From NCBI GenBank assembly GCA_973895155.1, contig OZ316898.1, positions 14,166,330 through 14,230,329 on the forward strand: a stretch of DNA of 64,000 bases, given 5' to 3'. Positions 11,822 to 25,157 of the stretch are shown here, piece by piece. The translations under genes and the position numbers were made by a program. Every line of letters begins with the position of its first letter. Position 1 is the first letter of the stretch. Below the pieces are notes generated by a model. That model saw only the letters and a list, made by a program, of their open reading frames with translations. It was not told the origin of the DNA and made no database searches. Origin of the DNA: Marsupella aquatica (lineage: Eukaryota > Plantae > Marchantiophyta).

Positions 11822-14800
11822 TTATCTTCTTCTGGATTCACTACTTGGCTTGTCCCGTGAACCATCATCCCCTCCATAGCTATCCCTCTTAGGTTCCAGT
11901 TGCCGTGTCCTGTCCTCCTCTCTAGTTTTAAGATTTGCATCCCCGAGTTCAGCCTGCTTGTTCTGTTCTGCAAGGTGAACTTGTACCCGATGATCTTTCT
12001 GTTGAACTTGTCTCTGCAAAAGGTAAATCTGGAACATAATACTAAATGTTAAAACATCAAGACAGAACGGAAATAATTTCTTAATAATCTTGGAGTCTCG
12101 TAAATGGTCGGTAGATGAAATATCAAAAGCCATTTAGTGAGATAAAGATGCATCGTCGAGAACTTGAGTGCAACAAAACGTTTTCAGACGATGACAGAGA
12201 TAAGGCATTAAAGCCATACGAGACGTTGCAATAAGACAAATAAACCAATAACCAAGTTATTTCAAAGACATGTTCAAACCAAGAGCTACCACTTACAGTC
12301 TGCTGTGACCGCTCTGCTTCAAAGTTGAGATCCTCCACATATTCAAAGAGCTCTGAAATGTAAATGAAGGTTAAGTAGGTTACAACAGGCTTGAGGGACA
12401 AAGACGGACCAAGAAGAAGGAATGCAAAAGTCTGCCAATTACATTAGCAAGAACAATTTCCAGCATGTATCCTTGACATTGCGAAAGTTTAGGTCTACCT
12501 TGGTATCCACGTCTAAGTTCCAGAGTAAGAGACTTCTGCATTGCCAGCTTTGTGCCCAGTTCATGCATCTGTAACACACATGAAAGTCAAGATGAGCTTT
12601 CAAAGATGAACATTCCGTTTCCCAAAATATTTACAAGCTACAACATTCAAATATAGGCCTATGCGATAGTTCAGATATACACCACTGAATCATCACCAAC
12701 CTTTCCCTCCGAGGCCTCGCGGCCAATCTCCTCATTCTCCTCCTGCAAAGTGCGGCACTTTGCCATCAACATTTTCCCATTTTTACTGTGAGGGGTGAAC
12801 TGCACTGCGGCAAGGTCATCTTGAAGCTCTTTCACTTTCTTCTCTGCAGCTTCAAGCTCTTTCTACAAGAAACGAATCATGTAATAAGTCTGCAGATATT
12901 GTCGTTCCTCTTTAATCCTACACCTACAGTGAGAATGGGTATACCTTCATCCTGGTAAATTCAGCATGTATGGCTGGATCAAGTAGTAAGCGGCGTGCCT
13001 GTGAAATGCCAGACAATTATTCAGACAAGATCAAAAAACTTAGAAGTCATCTCGAACTGTGCAGATACGGAAGAAAAGACAAACATCCCCAGCACTGAAC
13101 TGGAAGCTGCTAAGGTACCTGCAACATCGGTGGCTTCAGCATGAGTCTCAAATCATGCACCATCGACTGCACATGATCAACGAGTCCACACCAGGATCAG
13201 AGCTCCTCCGTAGTAAACATCAAGTGCTTGAAATACGCAACATATACGGAAGCGGAAGATGTCAACTCATACTGTGGGAGAAATTGATAGATTGATTACA
13301 TGAATGGAAATCGGTAATTTAATGTCACAACACTTTCGACCAAAATAACCAAATCCGAATATTCCTCTCACCAGCCGCAGTAAAAGAAACTACAAAGTAT
13401 GAAGCTCACTTTCTTCTAATCGCTTGTATTCACTATACTGGATACTCTTCACTACATTCATAAACCTTGCAAAATCAAACGCACTTTACAATAGAATAGA
13501 TGCTGTCAAGACGTACCTACTATTGTGACATTAATGATTACTTTGAAAGCATTCAAGACGAGATCAAGCACTGTCTCACCTTAAGGTCTACTATCTCTTG
13601 CTCCTTTCCTGCAAGCTTCACGAGCATAGCCCCCTCCCTACGTTTTGCACTTAAGAGCTGGAAAAATGGACAAACGGGTATCAATAATCGATATCACAAG
13701 ATTCGAACAAATTGTGCAACAAGCACATGCTCTGCGCATACAAAGCCGGAGAAGAGTCGACCATGTATGAGCGAATTGCTCTTAAGCACTAAATGGGCAA
13801 GCTTGCAACAGATCGATCGATCCGGACCTTAAGCTGCATTGTTAAATAAAATTCGCGCAGCGAGAGACTCTTCTCCATTGCATGACTAATAGCATGTTAC
13901 ATGGCCTTGCGCTAGTGTCCACTCGCTTCTTGCTTGCATGCCAAAAATCCAATGGCTGTTACCTCTTTCGTCCATTTTGGATCAATTGCATGTATAACAA
14001 TCAGATCGTCGATTACAAAGCATACTTGGTAATCACCTGCTCTTTCAGTTGGACGTCAGACGCTTGCAGTTTCTGAAAAGCCTCCAGCGCGACATCTGGC
14101 TCTATTAAGGAGATCAAGCACAGACGAAAACAGACTGAGGATGCAACGATATGCTAGGTGTTCCTAAGAGTGAAGACACGGAAAATACAGTGTAGACGTT
14201 ATTCAATAAGTGAACGGATTCATACGTGCTGTTAGTATCAAATTCCACAGAAATGTGATCTCACATTTACATGAAGTCAATGTAGAATTTGTTTAAAACT
14301 TCGGTTGCTCAGAAACTCGCTACAGGGCCCGTATCCCACTAACTGTCAGCATTGACCTCTACAAGTCTGCGAAAATGGCTTCTCATTTTATTATTCATTG
14401 CTTACAAACTTTGGAAGTGCAGATGAATCACTTGACTAACATGATTGTCGAGCTGAGGTTCAGCCACTTTTACCCACAAAATGTGATCGAGTTCAAGATA
14501 CCAAACTTGGTCACAACGCCTGAGGAATAAAGCATAAACTCACCAGGATTGGCGATCAAGGGCAGAAGAGATTCGACTTGGAAAGTAGTTTGCCATTTCT
14601 TCACATCTCCATTAACTTTGTTGATGTCTTTCTGAAATACAGAACAAAAACTAAGAAACATTTTAAACATCTTCTGTGGTCGCCCAAAGCATTCCATGGT
14701 TAACTCACTGACAGGACCTCACTTCAAAAATTTGATTCGCTTGATAGCTACGAGTGAACCAATTAACCTAGCTGTGACTGAAAATGAAGTCACTGGAAGA

Positions 14801-16236
14801 AATCTCACTTTTACAGCGACGGAGTGCTCCGAGTCCTACCTGCAACTTCGCTATTGTGTTCTCTCGTTCTTCCAGACTGATTTCAAAGTATTACACCCAA
14901 GCCCACGTTCAACCAAAGCACACAAAGGAGGTGAGGGAGGAAGAAAACACGCTTCCATAAAACAGAAACTACTTTTTGAACTACTGCGAGCAAGTATCTT
15001 TAAAGCCACCAGGAAAAGCTCCATTTAAATTCTGCCATCAAACCTGTCAGATGCAACTAAGACTTAGGAAATGACAAGCTTGTTGCCACTTGTACCTGGC
15101 ACGCAAGTTGAGTATGGTTGTTGTGGCATGATCGTTTCCAACCACGGTACTGGCATACATCTAGGGCAGAAGTTCAGATATCAGGTATGAAGGAGCAGAA
15201 TACTCTCCTAATCCCAGAGAATCATTCGGCATATCCATAATGAGCGCGTCGCATTCAGGGAAGTTTACATTTTTAGCATAACAGGAAACACCTAGCTAGA
15301 AAAACGCGTACTTTCTTTGCAGGGTAGAGGTCGACACCTTCATCGTCATCCTCCAGTTCCATGAAGGTTCTCTTCGCACCTGTAGTCAACGGTTTGCAAA
15401 ATCAACACATCTGTCCCACACCTATCTCAGTTTCAACGCACGGGTCAAGTGCTGGGTCTAAGGCGTGAGTTTGTCCCTTGCCGTAACAGCCACTCAAACC
15501 TAATGTCCCATGAAAGTTGCGGTTAACTCTAGAATAAACTCACTTTTCGACATCGATTCCGTACGAAATAATGACCAATTTCTTACTAACATTGCTTGCT
15601 AGAAATACTGGTTAAGCTTTAATTTCAATGTGAATCAGTCTGAACTGGACTTCGTTCGCTGAAGCATTTCTTCTATCGCTAACTTTTCAAATCCATATCT
15701 TCCAAAGTTCTTCGATCTTTCGAGTCCACGCCCTCGCCAGTCAACAAACTAAGCTAGTAGGCTCAGTGCATGCCTATGCCGTTTTCAAAGTAGAGGACTC
15801 TGATTCTGATTCTAATTCTAAAATGCAGTGAAGGAGAGCTCATGACTACCTGACTTGGCATTGTCATCTCCGTCATCTCCACAATAATCGAAGTCATCCT
15901 GGAAAAACGGAAAATTAACTTGGGAGGTAGAAAGACCATTTGCCAACCACTGACAAGAAAGAGGAGCAGACTTTAGCAAGAATTTTCTCAGCGTGAAATC
16001 CAGTCCGGGCCATTCCAAATTCGGAGTTCATCACCTTCGAGCTGCTGAATCGCAGGAAGACAGAGCAGAAGCAGACCCAAGAAAATGACTAGAAAAGTGT
16101 AAAGCCACAAAAGTGTGCAAAGCACAACAGTTTCCCGCGCCGCAGCTGGTCGTGCCGCACAAGGGCCTGCCTCCAACAAAATTTTAAAATGTGGAGGTTA
16201 CTAGCCACTTACATCGTAGAACGTGGGATTGGCCAT
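11822..16236 (-). CDS. FIP37: FKBP12-interacting protein of 37 kDa (WTAP/Fl(2)d homologue), m6A methyltransferase complex subunit; about 12 coding exons
   Basis: GT-AG exons translate to MANPTFYD (16236-16213) / DDFDYCGDD..SG (15898-15850) / AKRTFMELEDDDE (15379-15312) / ..TILNLRA / SLEERE.. / KKWQTTFQVES / EPD..LKEQ / LLSAKRREG..KEQEIVDLK / ..LKPPMLQ / ARRLLLDPAIHAEFTRMK / ..AAVQFTPHSKNGKMLMAKCRTLQEENEEIGREASEGK / MHELGTKLAMQKS / ..., with a stop at 11822. These are the hallmark WTAP motifs. Confidence 0.95.
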
Positions 16237-17059
16237 CACAGAAGCGCTCTTCGATCTCGTTCGGTCCGTATTGCTGCGGTCGATGCACTCTGCTCCCGAA
16301 TTGCCTCTGCCTCCAGTCGTAGACTACCGTAAATTGTTCGAACCGCAGATTAACGGTACGTGCGCGCTTCTGGACTTCGAAGCACGTCATTTTTCGTGAT
16401 CATCCCCGCAACTCAGCTCTTAGATCACAGTTCCTTTACTCTGTATGATTCTTTGCTTCACCCAACCCCAACCCCAGCGTTGAAAGGACGGTTTCATGGA
16501 GCACTCACAAAACCAGAAGATGTCCACAGAAACGAAACGGTAGAGCAGTATTTCGATTGGCACATGTAGCATAACCGATGGCCAGCATATTATTTTGGGG
16601 GGATTTTTGCCAAATTTACCTGATATTTTTTCGGGCAATCAATACACGAGAGTTTGTTACTCATGAATTCACCAGACACCCATAAGTCAAGGTATTCTTT
16701 GTCGGATTGACCGTTTTCCTTACATCTAGGAGCATCTGATGGTTGATATTGCATGTTTCAAAACATTTATACAAGGGAGTACCTCTCAAGGGATGGGAGG
16801 AGTTGACACCCTTAGTCCTTCTTGTCTTGAATCTATCTATCTACAAGTATAATAAAGGATCCCACCTTTTTTAGTCCTTCGTCCCAATACAAAACAGCTC
16901 CCGGGCAGAAAAGATCTAGAGCAATTGGATTCGTTTGGTTATTTTCCTTGATCATTGATGGAGGAAATGCATGGGCACCCCTGGTGCATACATGCTTTCC
17001 CCACGCTGTCCCATAAATGCCCCGGCCCGACTCCCTATGGGCCAGCCCTCCTTGCACCG

Positions 17060-17746
17060 CCAGGTTTAACCTGACGGACAAGTTGACGGGTTGCCGGGCA
17101 CGTAAAACTGTCAAATGACGGCCCCAAAATGGCCAGTCTGACATATATACCCCAGTATTCCCCCGGACTCTCCCGGACTCCCGACCCGACCCGGCTCCCG
17201 TCCCGCCTGGACCCTGCCCGGACCCTGCCCCAGCCCACCCAAACCCAGCCCGGACCCGGCCTCCCGAACCCCTCCCAAAATCCTCCCCTCCCCGAACCCC
17301 TCCACTCCAAACTCCTCCCCAAACTCCTTTCGAACCCGGCCTCCCAAACCCCTCCCCGACCTCCTCCCCAAACCCCTCCCCAACCTCCTCCCCGAACTCC
17401 TCCCGAACCCGGCCTCCTGAACCCTTCCCGAACCCCTCCCAAACTCCTCCCCAACCTCCTCCCCAAACTCCTCCTCTCCGAACTACTCTCCGAACTCTTC
17501 CCCGAACTCCTCCTCCCCAAATTCCTCCCCTCCCCTCCCCGAACTCCTCCCTGGCCTCCCAAACCCATCCCGAACCCCTCTGGAACCCCCTAAACACCCG
17601 GCCCGAACCCAGCCCAGGCCAGCCCGGGTCAACCCCCACACCCGGACCGACTCTGGGAGACCGGGCGACCGGGTTGACCGGTTGACGGTTTGAGGGGGAA
17701 AATCAACCAATCTGACGGCCCGTCTGACGGGCAAGGTCAAACCGGG
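17060..17746. mobile_element. GC-rich non-autonomous TIR element with a C-rich repeat core
   Basis: Perfect 8-bp TSD TTGCACCG (17052-17059, 17747-17754); imperfect TIR CCAGGTTTAACCT/AGGTCAAACCGGG; TGACGG subterminal motifs; internal CCCGAACTCCTCC-like repeats. Confidence 0.8.
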
Positions 17747-18664
17747 TTGCACCGTGCAACACACGGGCAATGAGCTCGTCTATAAATAATGGGGTAAAAG
17801 TCTCCTCAATGCCATGAGTTATCCTACACCATGTTGATCTATGCCTAGTAATCCTTGGCCTCCTTGCATCCTAGACGTAACTTTCTTGGGCTTAGGATGA
17901 CTTTGCATCTTGAGGTTTCTACCTAGCACGATCCCTAGTAAATAGTGACAGAGACAAATTATCAAGAGAACAATGTTACATTATGAGCCTGAGATCTTAT
18001 TTTGATAAATGAATAGTCATGAATATTTGATCCACAGATTGTATTACAAGTCCCTGATATTCCACTTGTCTTTACATCACTAGCAACAATTGCACCTAGC
18101 CAAGTTGCATTGCGTCCCTTGTGCTCTTGGATCCAATCCTTCTACTATGTATGCACAAACAGTCGCACCAAGAAAAACATCAAAAATACTGTGCAAAGAC
18201 TGTGACAGGGTAGTTCGCGTGAAAGTAAACCTAATGAAAATCGTGGTATGGCAAAAATTCAAATAGAAAGACATTTACCATATTGTCTTCACTTAAGTTA
18301 CATCATAGTTAGGCGGGGGTGGCGGCCACTATTCTGCTGTTCCAATCTCCCGACCGCGTTTGACAGTCTAAGGTTAGGATTGTTGACCATAAATTTCACA
18401 ATGGTTGTTGTTGGTCATAGTACCAAGCTAAAACATGTTATGGGAATTGAACTCCATACACAAAGTTTCAGAGGAGTCCTGGTTGGTAACAATACTTTGG
18501 GAGAGTCTGACCAAGTAAAATAGTTATGTCAGGGGTCCCATCAAACATATACCTTGGCTTTTCATAACATTCATAAGAAAAAATTCTAAACAGTATAATT
18601 TGTAATTTTTCTCTTTCATATGTCTGGTCTTATGGTCATTTTGGCCAAAAGCCTCCCTAGTCAT

Positions 18665-18920
18665 TTCCCAAGGTCCTTGCTTTTTTTTTCAACCCATCAC
18701 AAGCAAATAAGCATAGGGTTTTTTATTGGGTTTAGTAAAGACTTTTAAACTTTTGTGAAAGAACATTAAGGGTGTTTTAATGCATAATTATTTAAGAATA
18801 ATAATAATCATAGTGTTTTTTAAATCATTTGGGAATATTCCAGAAATTTGGGTATGGAATTTTTGTGTTTACCTAAGTTTTAGGGTGTTATTCCCCCAAA
18901 ACTTTGCGCGTGAGGGTCAT
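18665..18920 (+). mobile_element. Degraded MITE fragment of the CCCGGGGTCCTCAC family
   Basis: CCCAAGGTCCTT...AACCCATCAC...AATAAGCATAGGGTTTTTTATTGGG resembles the 30351 left end. Confidence 0.5.
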
Positions 18921-19182
18921 TTGATTATAGTGACATTTTTTAATCATGAGATAGACCTAAATGTACATGTTGCAGCACACCATTCGAGACACCATTGTCA
19001 CACCAACTTGACACTCTCCTCCCACAGTCCTTGAAATCTAGTTGCCTTGTCGACTTCCCCACTCCCTGCAATGTCGAACTGCTTGGTAATCTCACTTATG
19101 CTTGACAACACTTGTGCTCCATATCATTTACTACTAGCTCAATACCTGTGCGTTGCACAAAAGATATCGTTTCATAAAGATG

Positions 19183-19456
19183 CTATGGGGGCTCACTCTA
19201 AAGGGGGTCTCATAATATGCTCGGTGTTTTTAGCTATTAAACACCCTAAAAATAAGAAAAAGTTTAGATTAACTATTTTTCTACCCCTATCTTTTTGGAA
19301 TTTTCTATCTATTCCTATCATTCTCAAAAGTGGATTTAAAAAACCCTAATGTTCTTCTACAGAAATTTAAAAGTATTCTTCTCAACCCAATAAACAAACC
19401 ATAAGTATACTTACTTTCATGTGATGGGTAGAAAGGAAATAAGTGAGGACCCCGGG
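19183..19456 (-). mobile_element. MITE with a CCCGGGGTCCTCAC end
   Basis: Right end GTGAGGACCCCGGG; TSD TAAAGATG/AAAAGATG (7 of 8 match). Confidence 0.65.
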
Positions 19457-20140
19457 AAAAGATGTCGTTAGGGAAAAAAATGTCATCAAGTAAAACAAAG
19501 TCGCTCTGTCAAAGACATTGTTAAGTAGAAAGATGTCAAGGCATCTAAAATGTTGTCAGGTAAAAAGATGTTGTTGTATCAAAGATGTTAAGTAAAAAAT
19601 GTTGTGACGCCAAAGATGTTGCACTGGGGATGTCACTAGGTAAAAATATTTTGTTGCGTCAATGGAAGATGCACAAAAGATGTTGACATGTTACGCAATT
19701 TTTTTTGTTTGCATGAAAACTTGTCATCGTGTAAAGATTTTGTTTGCAAAAAATGCTACAAGGATATGTTATAATTACATAAAATATGTTGATGCATAAA
19801 ATATATTGATGCAATATGTCATTGTGTAAATTAAAGATATTGTTGCGAGCAAGATATTGTTGATGTTGTTACAAAAAATGTCATCGCAGAAAATATATTG
19901 TGAAAAAAATGTTGTTGTGTAAAAGATGTAGAGTTGTGAAAAATGTGTTGTTTTTGAGTTTTTAAGGCATGACATGTGTGCCCAAGGAAATTAAGAGCAA
20001 AAGATGAGTAGACGGGCCAAGGTCTGTAATTTTCAGTTTTGGGGGAAACAGGTGTGTGCCCAAGGGAGAGAGAAAAATGGGCACTGGTTTCGGACGGGCA
20101 TATGGGGCAAATGCAAGGGCAGTCCATTGGGCAAAGGCTA
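19457..20140 (+). repeat. Degenerate AAAAGATGTYG repeat array followed by a GGGCA/TGCCC motif cluster, probably an old TE end
   Basis: More than 15 imperfect AAAGATGTT copies, then clustered TGCCC/GGGCA motifs. Confidence 0.5.
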
Positions 20141-20333
20141 ATAAGCGACTATATTTGGAATTTCAAAAGAAAAATTGATAGAATGGCTGAATTCATAGTG
20201 TAATAAATGAGTTCAAGTTTGGCTTGTAGTCTATGGAAATTGTCACAACCAGGAACTTGTCTGAGAGGTGGATCCTGGGAGGGTTGAGGATTACAGGAGG
20301 ACAAATCCTCCCCAATCCTCTCGCCTGGATTAG

Positions 20334-20401
20334 TTCCTTTAAGTATCTATCTATGCCTTGCCCTCTATTCCTTTAAGTATCTATCTATGCCTTGTCCTCT
20401 A
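20334..20401 (+). repeat. ~34-bp tandem duplication
   Basis: TTCCTTTAAGTATCTATCTATGCCTTGYCCTCTA twice. Confidence 0.85.
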
Positions 20402-23400
20402 ATTTTCCGTTTCTATGTACCTCCTCCTTGTTTTGATGCTTTCCCAGTTTTATTTTTGGCATTGCAAAAGTTAGATTTTGAATGACAACCACTCTAAAAA
20501 GTGGAGGGACCTTGTATTATAGGTTTTAATTGACAATGCTGTGCATTGCACGGTTATGAGGTAGTCTACAATAAACTGGTCTGGGTGTAGTGGGGGTGGT
20601 ACCTGGTGAATGTTGTTAGAGTGTTGGGGTCCCTCTCGTTATGGCACTCACAAAGGAAAGTATTGACCTTGCTTCTCCTCATATTATGCCCAAATAGAAT
20701 CTCAGTCCCAAATTCACCATTGTTAACCTTGCATGGGATTTAAAAAACGTGTGCTTTCATTAAAATGATATGGTTTTACGGACAAAAATTGGTAAGGAAG
20801 TGTGAGTGGTTACGAATAGGGATTCATAATCCTATTGAAGTTCAAAAGTTTCGATGGAGATCACATTTGTGAATACAACATAAAAGCTTGAGTAGACTCC
20901 ATCTTCTTCCAGCAGAAGCACTTTCTATAGACTCTGTCTCCCTGTAATGATATGTCAATGCACTAGCGTAGATGATCAGTAGATATCTCTTAGTCAATCA
21001 GACTTAGATTCGAAGGGCAAACTGAATTGATCATGTGTACTTTTAGATCAGGTTCTTAGGCATCACCTATTGTGTTAGTGTGAAAAATGTTTCTGAGAGC
21101 AATGGAGTTCCAATCAACTAATTTCACAAATCTCAGTCGGTTCCCCCTGTGGCTTAATTAAACCCACAGAGTAGAACAGACGGCCTTTGATTACTGCCGG
21201 GTAGAGATTGTTTCCGCGTGTCTTGCATTTCAAATGATCACTTATTCTCTGTGATAAGAAGCAGCTTGAAGAAAAACTTCCTGTCCAACGAGGGCAAAGC
21301 ACGACAACGACTTTACAACATTGAAACTAATGCTGACTTCACACTCAAATATCTCTCTCAGGTATAGTACACAATTACATTGCACCAATTGAGCAAAATG
21401 TATAGTATACGATCACACCGAATTGTCGTGACTTCGAGTGCCAAAATCAAAGGCAGAGATATCTCTATTTCCACTAAGAGGACGTATGTACTTAATTCTA
21501 TCATAGAGAGTAACAACGCTAGTTTTTCCCCATCCAATGTAATAAGTACCAAATTTCTGCTTCCGGCATCAAGCACTTCATGATAATTAGCCGATGATTG
21601 CTCGAAAGTGTCTTCAAATTAGTCTGTGTCAAGGACGCATTCTTCAGATTACTCTGTCCGACAAACTCAAGGTGAAAATCAGTAATATAAATCCTTGCAA
21701 ACCATGCAGTGAACTCATGACAACGTAGGAAAATGAACATGAATGAGAAGAACACACAAACCCAAACACTATCGAATATGACAGCTCAGACAACGATCTT
21801 TAGTGGCATCAACGGTGTTCAGAGAATGTCCCTATGGTACGATTACTCGGGTTTCGGTGACATGCTTCGATGATCAAGTGTTTTGCTCTGAGATCAAGTC
21901 GAGTCAACAAGGCTCAGTCAGGGTAGTGACAACGCAGTAAACTATCAGTGCCTAGACTTTGTTTGCCGTGTTCCACCATCGCTACTAACATTTAGCTGTA
22001 CCACTTTGAGGAAGCATCACTAAAAGTCTTACGGCCCAAATTCACCGGAAATCTAAAGCAATCTTGGATTGAAGGTGCGAGCGACCTTCAAAACTGGACG
22101 AATTGCATTTGGGGTTCTTCCAAACGCATAGTATAAAGACCTCGACCCTCGACTTAACTGTGTTTGGAATGTCCACCTTAAGAATCTCTGTCAGATTTTA
22201 CAAACGACTTCCGATCTGGGCAACATGACTTGATGCATGCCTTTTTTTGGTTCCAAAAGCAGGTTTCAGCACTTTGCCATTCAATTGTGCCGAGTAGATT
22301 CGAACTCCTACCCTAAACCCAACTTTCATAACTTGAGCCGGGTGATCAATAATTCCTTCTAAAAAAGTAAATGCCAAGGTGCCTGCAACAGAACAAGATA
22401 GCACTGTACAGTAGTTGAGACCTATGATGTGCCTGCTGGGCCAGATTCATATGGAATGGGTGACTTGCTTGGTTTAGAGCACACATGATAAGCACAAGGA
22501 TGTCGTTTGTTACTGTCCACATTCATCCAACACTAGTCTAGTGCTCATTCTTTGAAAGTAAGTAGAGGTAAGAACACATTCAAGTTAGCTACCCCATTGT
22601 CAGCGAAGCACCTTGCTCCCAATCCTTGTTTCCCAACCCCAATTTCAGTTAAGCCCTAAGAGTCACTCCCTGGAAGGTTCACTCTAGATTGTGGGCCATG
22701 AAAAAGTAATTTTGATTGCGATTATATAATTAGGTTTAGCAGTTTATGGTCCAACATGTTTTTCATCCTATTAAAACAGGAGTTTGTACAAGTATGACAT
22801 CTTTAATTGGACAGGTACAGAGTTAGCAAAGGAAAAACAAATGGTGGTGTGGCTTGCGTTAAATTGAAACATGGAATCAAGAACCTGCAACGGGGGAAAA
22901 AAGATTGGTGGTATAGATTGAGACTAGGCTGTAGCATGGGAGAAAAAATAGTTTGCAAATGAAGGAAAATAATGGCAGCATAATTTTGGGCAGCATAGTT
23001 TGGGGATGGATGCAAGAAAGAGTTTGGGGCTGGAATTGGAAAACAATGAGGAAAGAGCTCCCACAAACAAACAAAAAAAGATTTATGGTATGATTTGTTT
23101 CAAAAGCACTTTTGACTAACCAGAACCAGCCAGGCCCAAAAAACTACCACCATAATCAAGAGTTATGGCATGATTCGGGGCTGGATGGAAACATGGAAGA
23201 AATGATCTCCATGGGCAAGCAAAATAGAGAGTCGTATTGTGGCGAAGGTAGAGATCGTTTGATTCGTGGCATGATTTGGGGGCTGGATGGAAAAATGGAA
23301 GAAAGATTTAGATTGATTCACCAAAGAAAGAAAGAGTGGTGGCGCCAATTTGGGGATGGACGGAACGAAGGAACGGAAACAGAGTGAAGTAGAGCGGTAC

Positions 23401-24906
23401 AGAAGTACACTGTAGAGTTCCGTAAACAGAAAGTGGAGCAATCCAAAGAAAGGATTGACTGATTGCTTGATTGATTGGCACGAAGACGAGGATGGCTTTG
23501 GTAATGGGCGTCTTTCGCCACGGAAGGAATGGGAAATTAACCAATCAAGAAGAGCGGGCTGGTTGCGTATCGTGTCTAATACTCTGATGATCGCTTTGAT
23601 GGATATGGAAAAAAAAAAGTCCAATTTCCCCCCACCCGCCCATTCCTCGGCCTGCTGCTGTGCTGTGCTGTGCTGCTGTGTCTGCTGCTCCTCCCGTCCA
23701 GAGAGACTAATGACTTGACTCCTACTACTTGACTGGCTGCGTGCGGTGGTGGTGCCGCGATGGAGGAGAGCGGATCCGTTGATGTTGCCTGCCGCCACCA
23801 CCACATTGGGGATTTGGAGCGGAGCAGGAACAGCAGCAGCAATAATCAAGCAAGGCGAGGCGAGGACGTGAAGAGGGTAAAGCAAGGAGAGCAAAAGACG
23901 AGAGAAAGAGGCGGAGGCCGGGCGGGGAGGAGAAAGGGCAGCTTGAGAAGGCTGGCGATGTTGTACATGTGTGTCGCGAGAAAAGGGACGAGCGTGCGGC
24001 AGAGGAGTGGTATCGCTTACCTCGTCTCTTCTTACTACCACGCCGGTTTCGCGGAGGTAACGACGACGGACGGGAAAAAAGGGCAAGGCAGCAACCCTCT
24101 GTAGCGCGAGCTATTCATTACAATCCCGATCACCGCCACCGGTGACCGGGAACGAGAAATGTGAATCAGAGGTGAGGCTCACTCTCTCTCTGAGTTTCTC
24201 TGCTCGGACGAGTTTCATTGCTGGCTGTGCATCATCTTCTCTTCTGCTGCCGACGCTAGGTTAAAACCAAAGGTCTTCCCGATTCTGTTGATTTCTTCCT
24301 GCAGTTCGCAGTCAACGCTGTACACTGTCTCGTCCTCCTCTTTCGACTCATTTCGCAACTCTTCGGTGCTTCATCTGTTCGCCTTCCTTGTGTGAACGAG
24401 AAGGTATACTTGGAGTCGTACTTAAACTTCGTCAAGGTGCTTTCAGGTCGTCAAGGATGAATGCTAGGTTCTCTACCCGGTTGGCTTGGAGGCAGAGAAC
24501 TGCAGTCGAAGCAGTCTGACGTGCGAGTCATAGTGGTGAGTCGCCTGTTCTGTCGCATGAATTCTCTGAGAAGTTATAGTCGTATCCATAGATCGATTGG
24601 CATTTTCCCTTCGTTGTACTTTGCCTGCTTCTTCTTCCTTCTTTCGGAGTTATTGCTGTCTCCATCTGATTAGACTTTAAGTCCTCACGATTTATTTTAA
24701 TCTCCTTGGAGACGCAGCGCTTTGTGGAATATGAATCCGTCGTGACAAACTTCCATGTTTTTCAAGAGTCTAAGGGCGTAGCTGTATATTGAGGGAAGGT
24801 AGGGCATCAGTAGCACAAAGAGTTTCGTCTGCGGGATTCTCTCTAGCATTCTCTGTCCCGCTAGCACGACCTGGCTGTAAGTTCCTGTCCTGGAATATTT
24901 CTAAAG

Positions 24907-25098
24907 ATGGTTGCTGCTTTTTCAGAAAGGGAAAGCCAATCTAAGTCGGCTGAGAGTAGCGACGCATCACCGCCAGGAGGTCGAAGGCTTTGGAAGTTCC
25001 ACAGAACCAGGAAGAGCCGCCGAGGCATTCTCGGACGCTGTGGAAGCTGTTTAGGCGACTATGCTTTGAGACTTAATATCCTCCCCCTAACTAATTGA
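24907..25098 (+). other. Candidate upstream ORF (63 aa) in the leader of the 25158 gene
   Basis: ATG in good context (AAGATGG); ends ~60 nt before the main ATG. Confidence 0.3.
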
Positions 25099-25157
25099 GC
25101 TTTGAGTTAAGGGACTTCGAATTGCACACCGAATCCGAGTGCGTCAGTGGAATTCTG

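Noticed and set aside
16833-17770. Pro-rich and Gly-rich ORFs of 90-268 aa
   Set aside because: They are open in many frames because of low-complexity C-rich sequence inside a TSD-flanked non-coding element.
23163-24104. 307-aa minus-strand ORF and overlapping plus-strand ORFs
   Set aside because: Low-complexity, no domain, and GC-rich promoter/leader-like composition; probably spurious.
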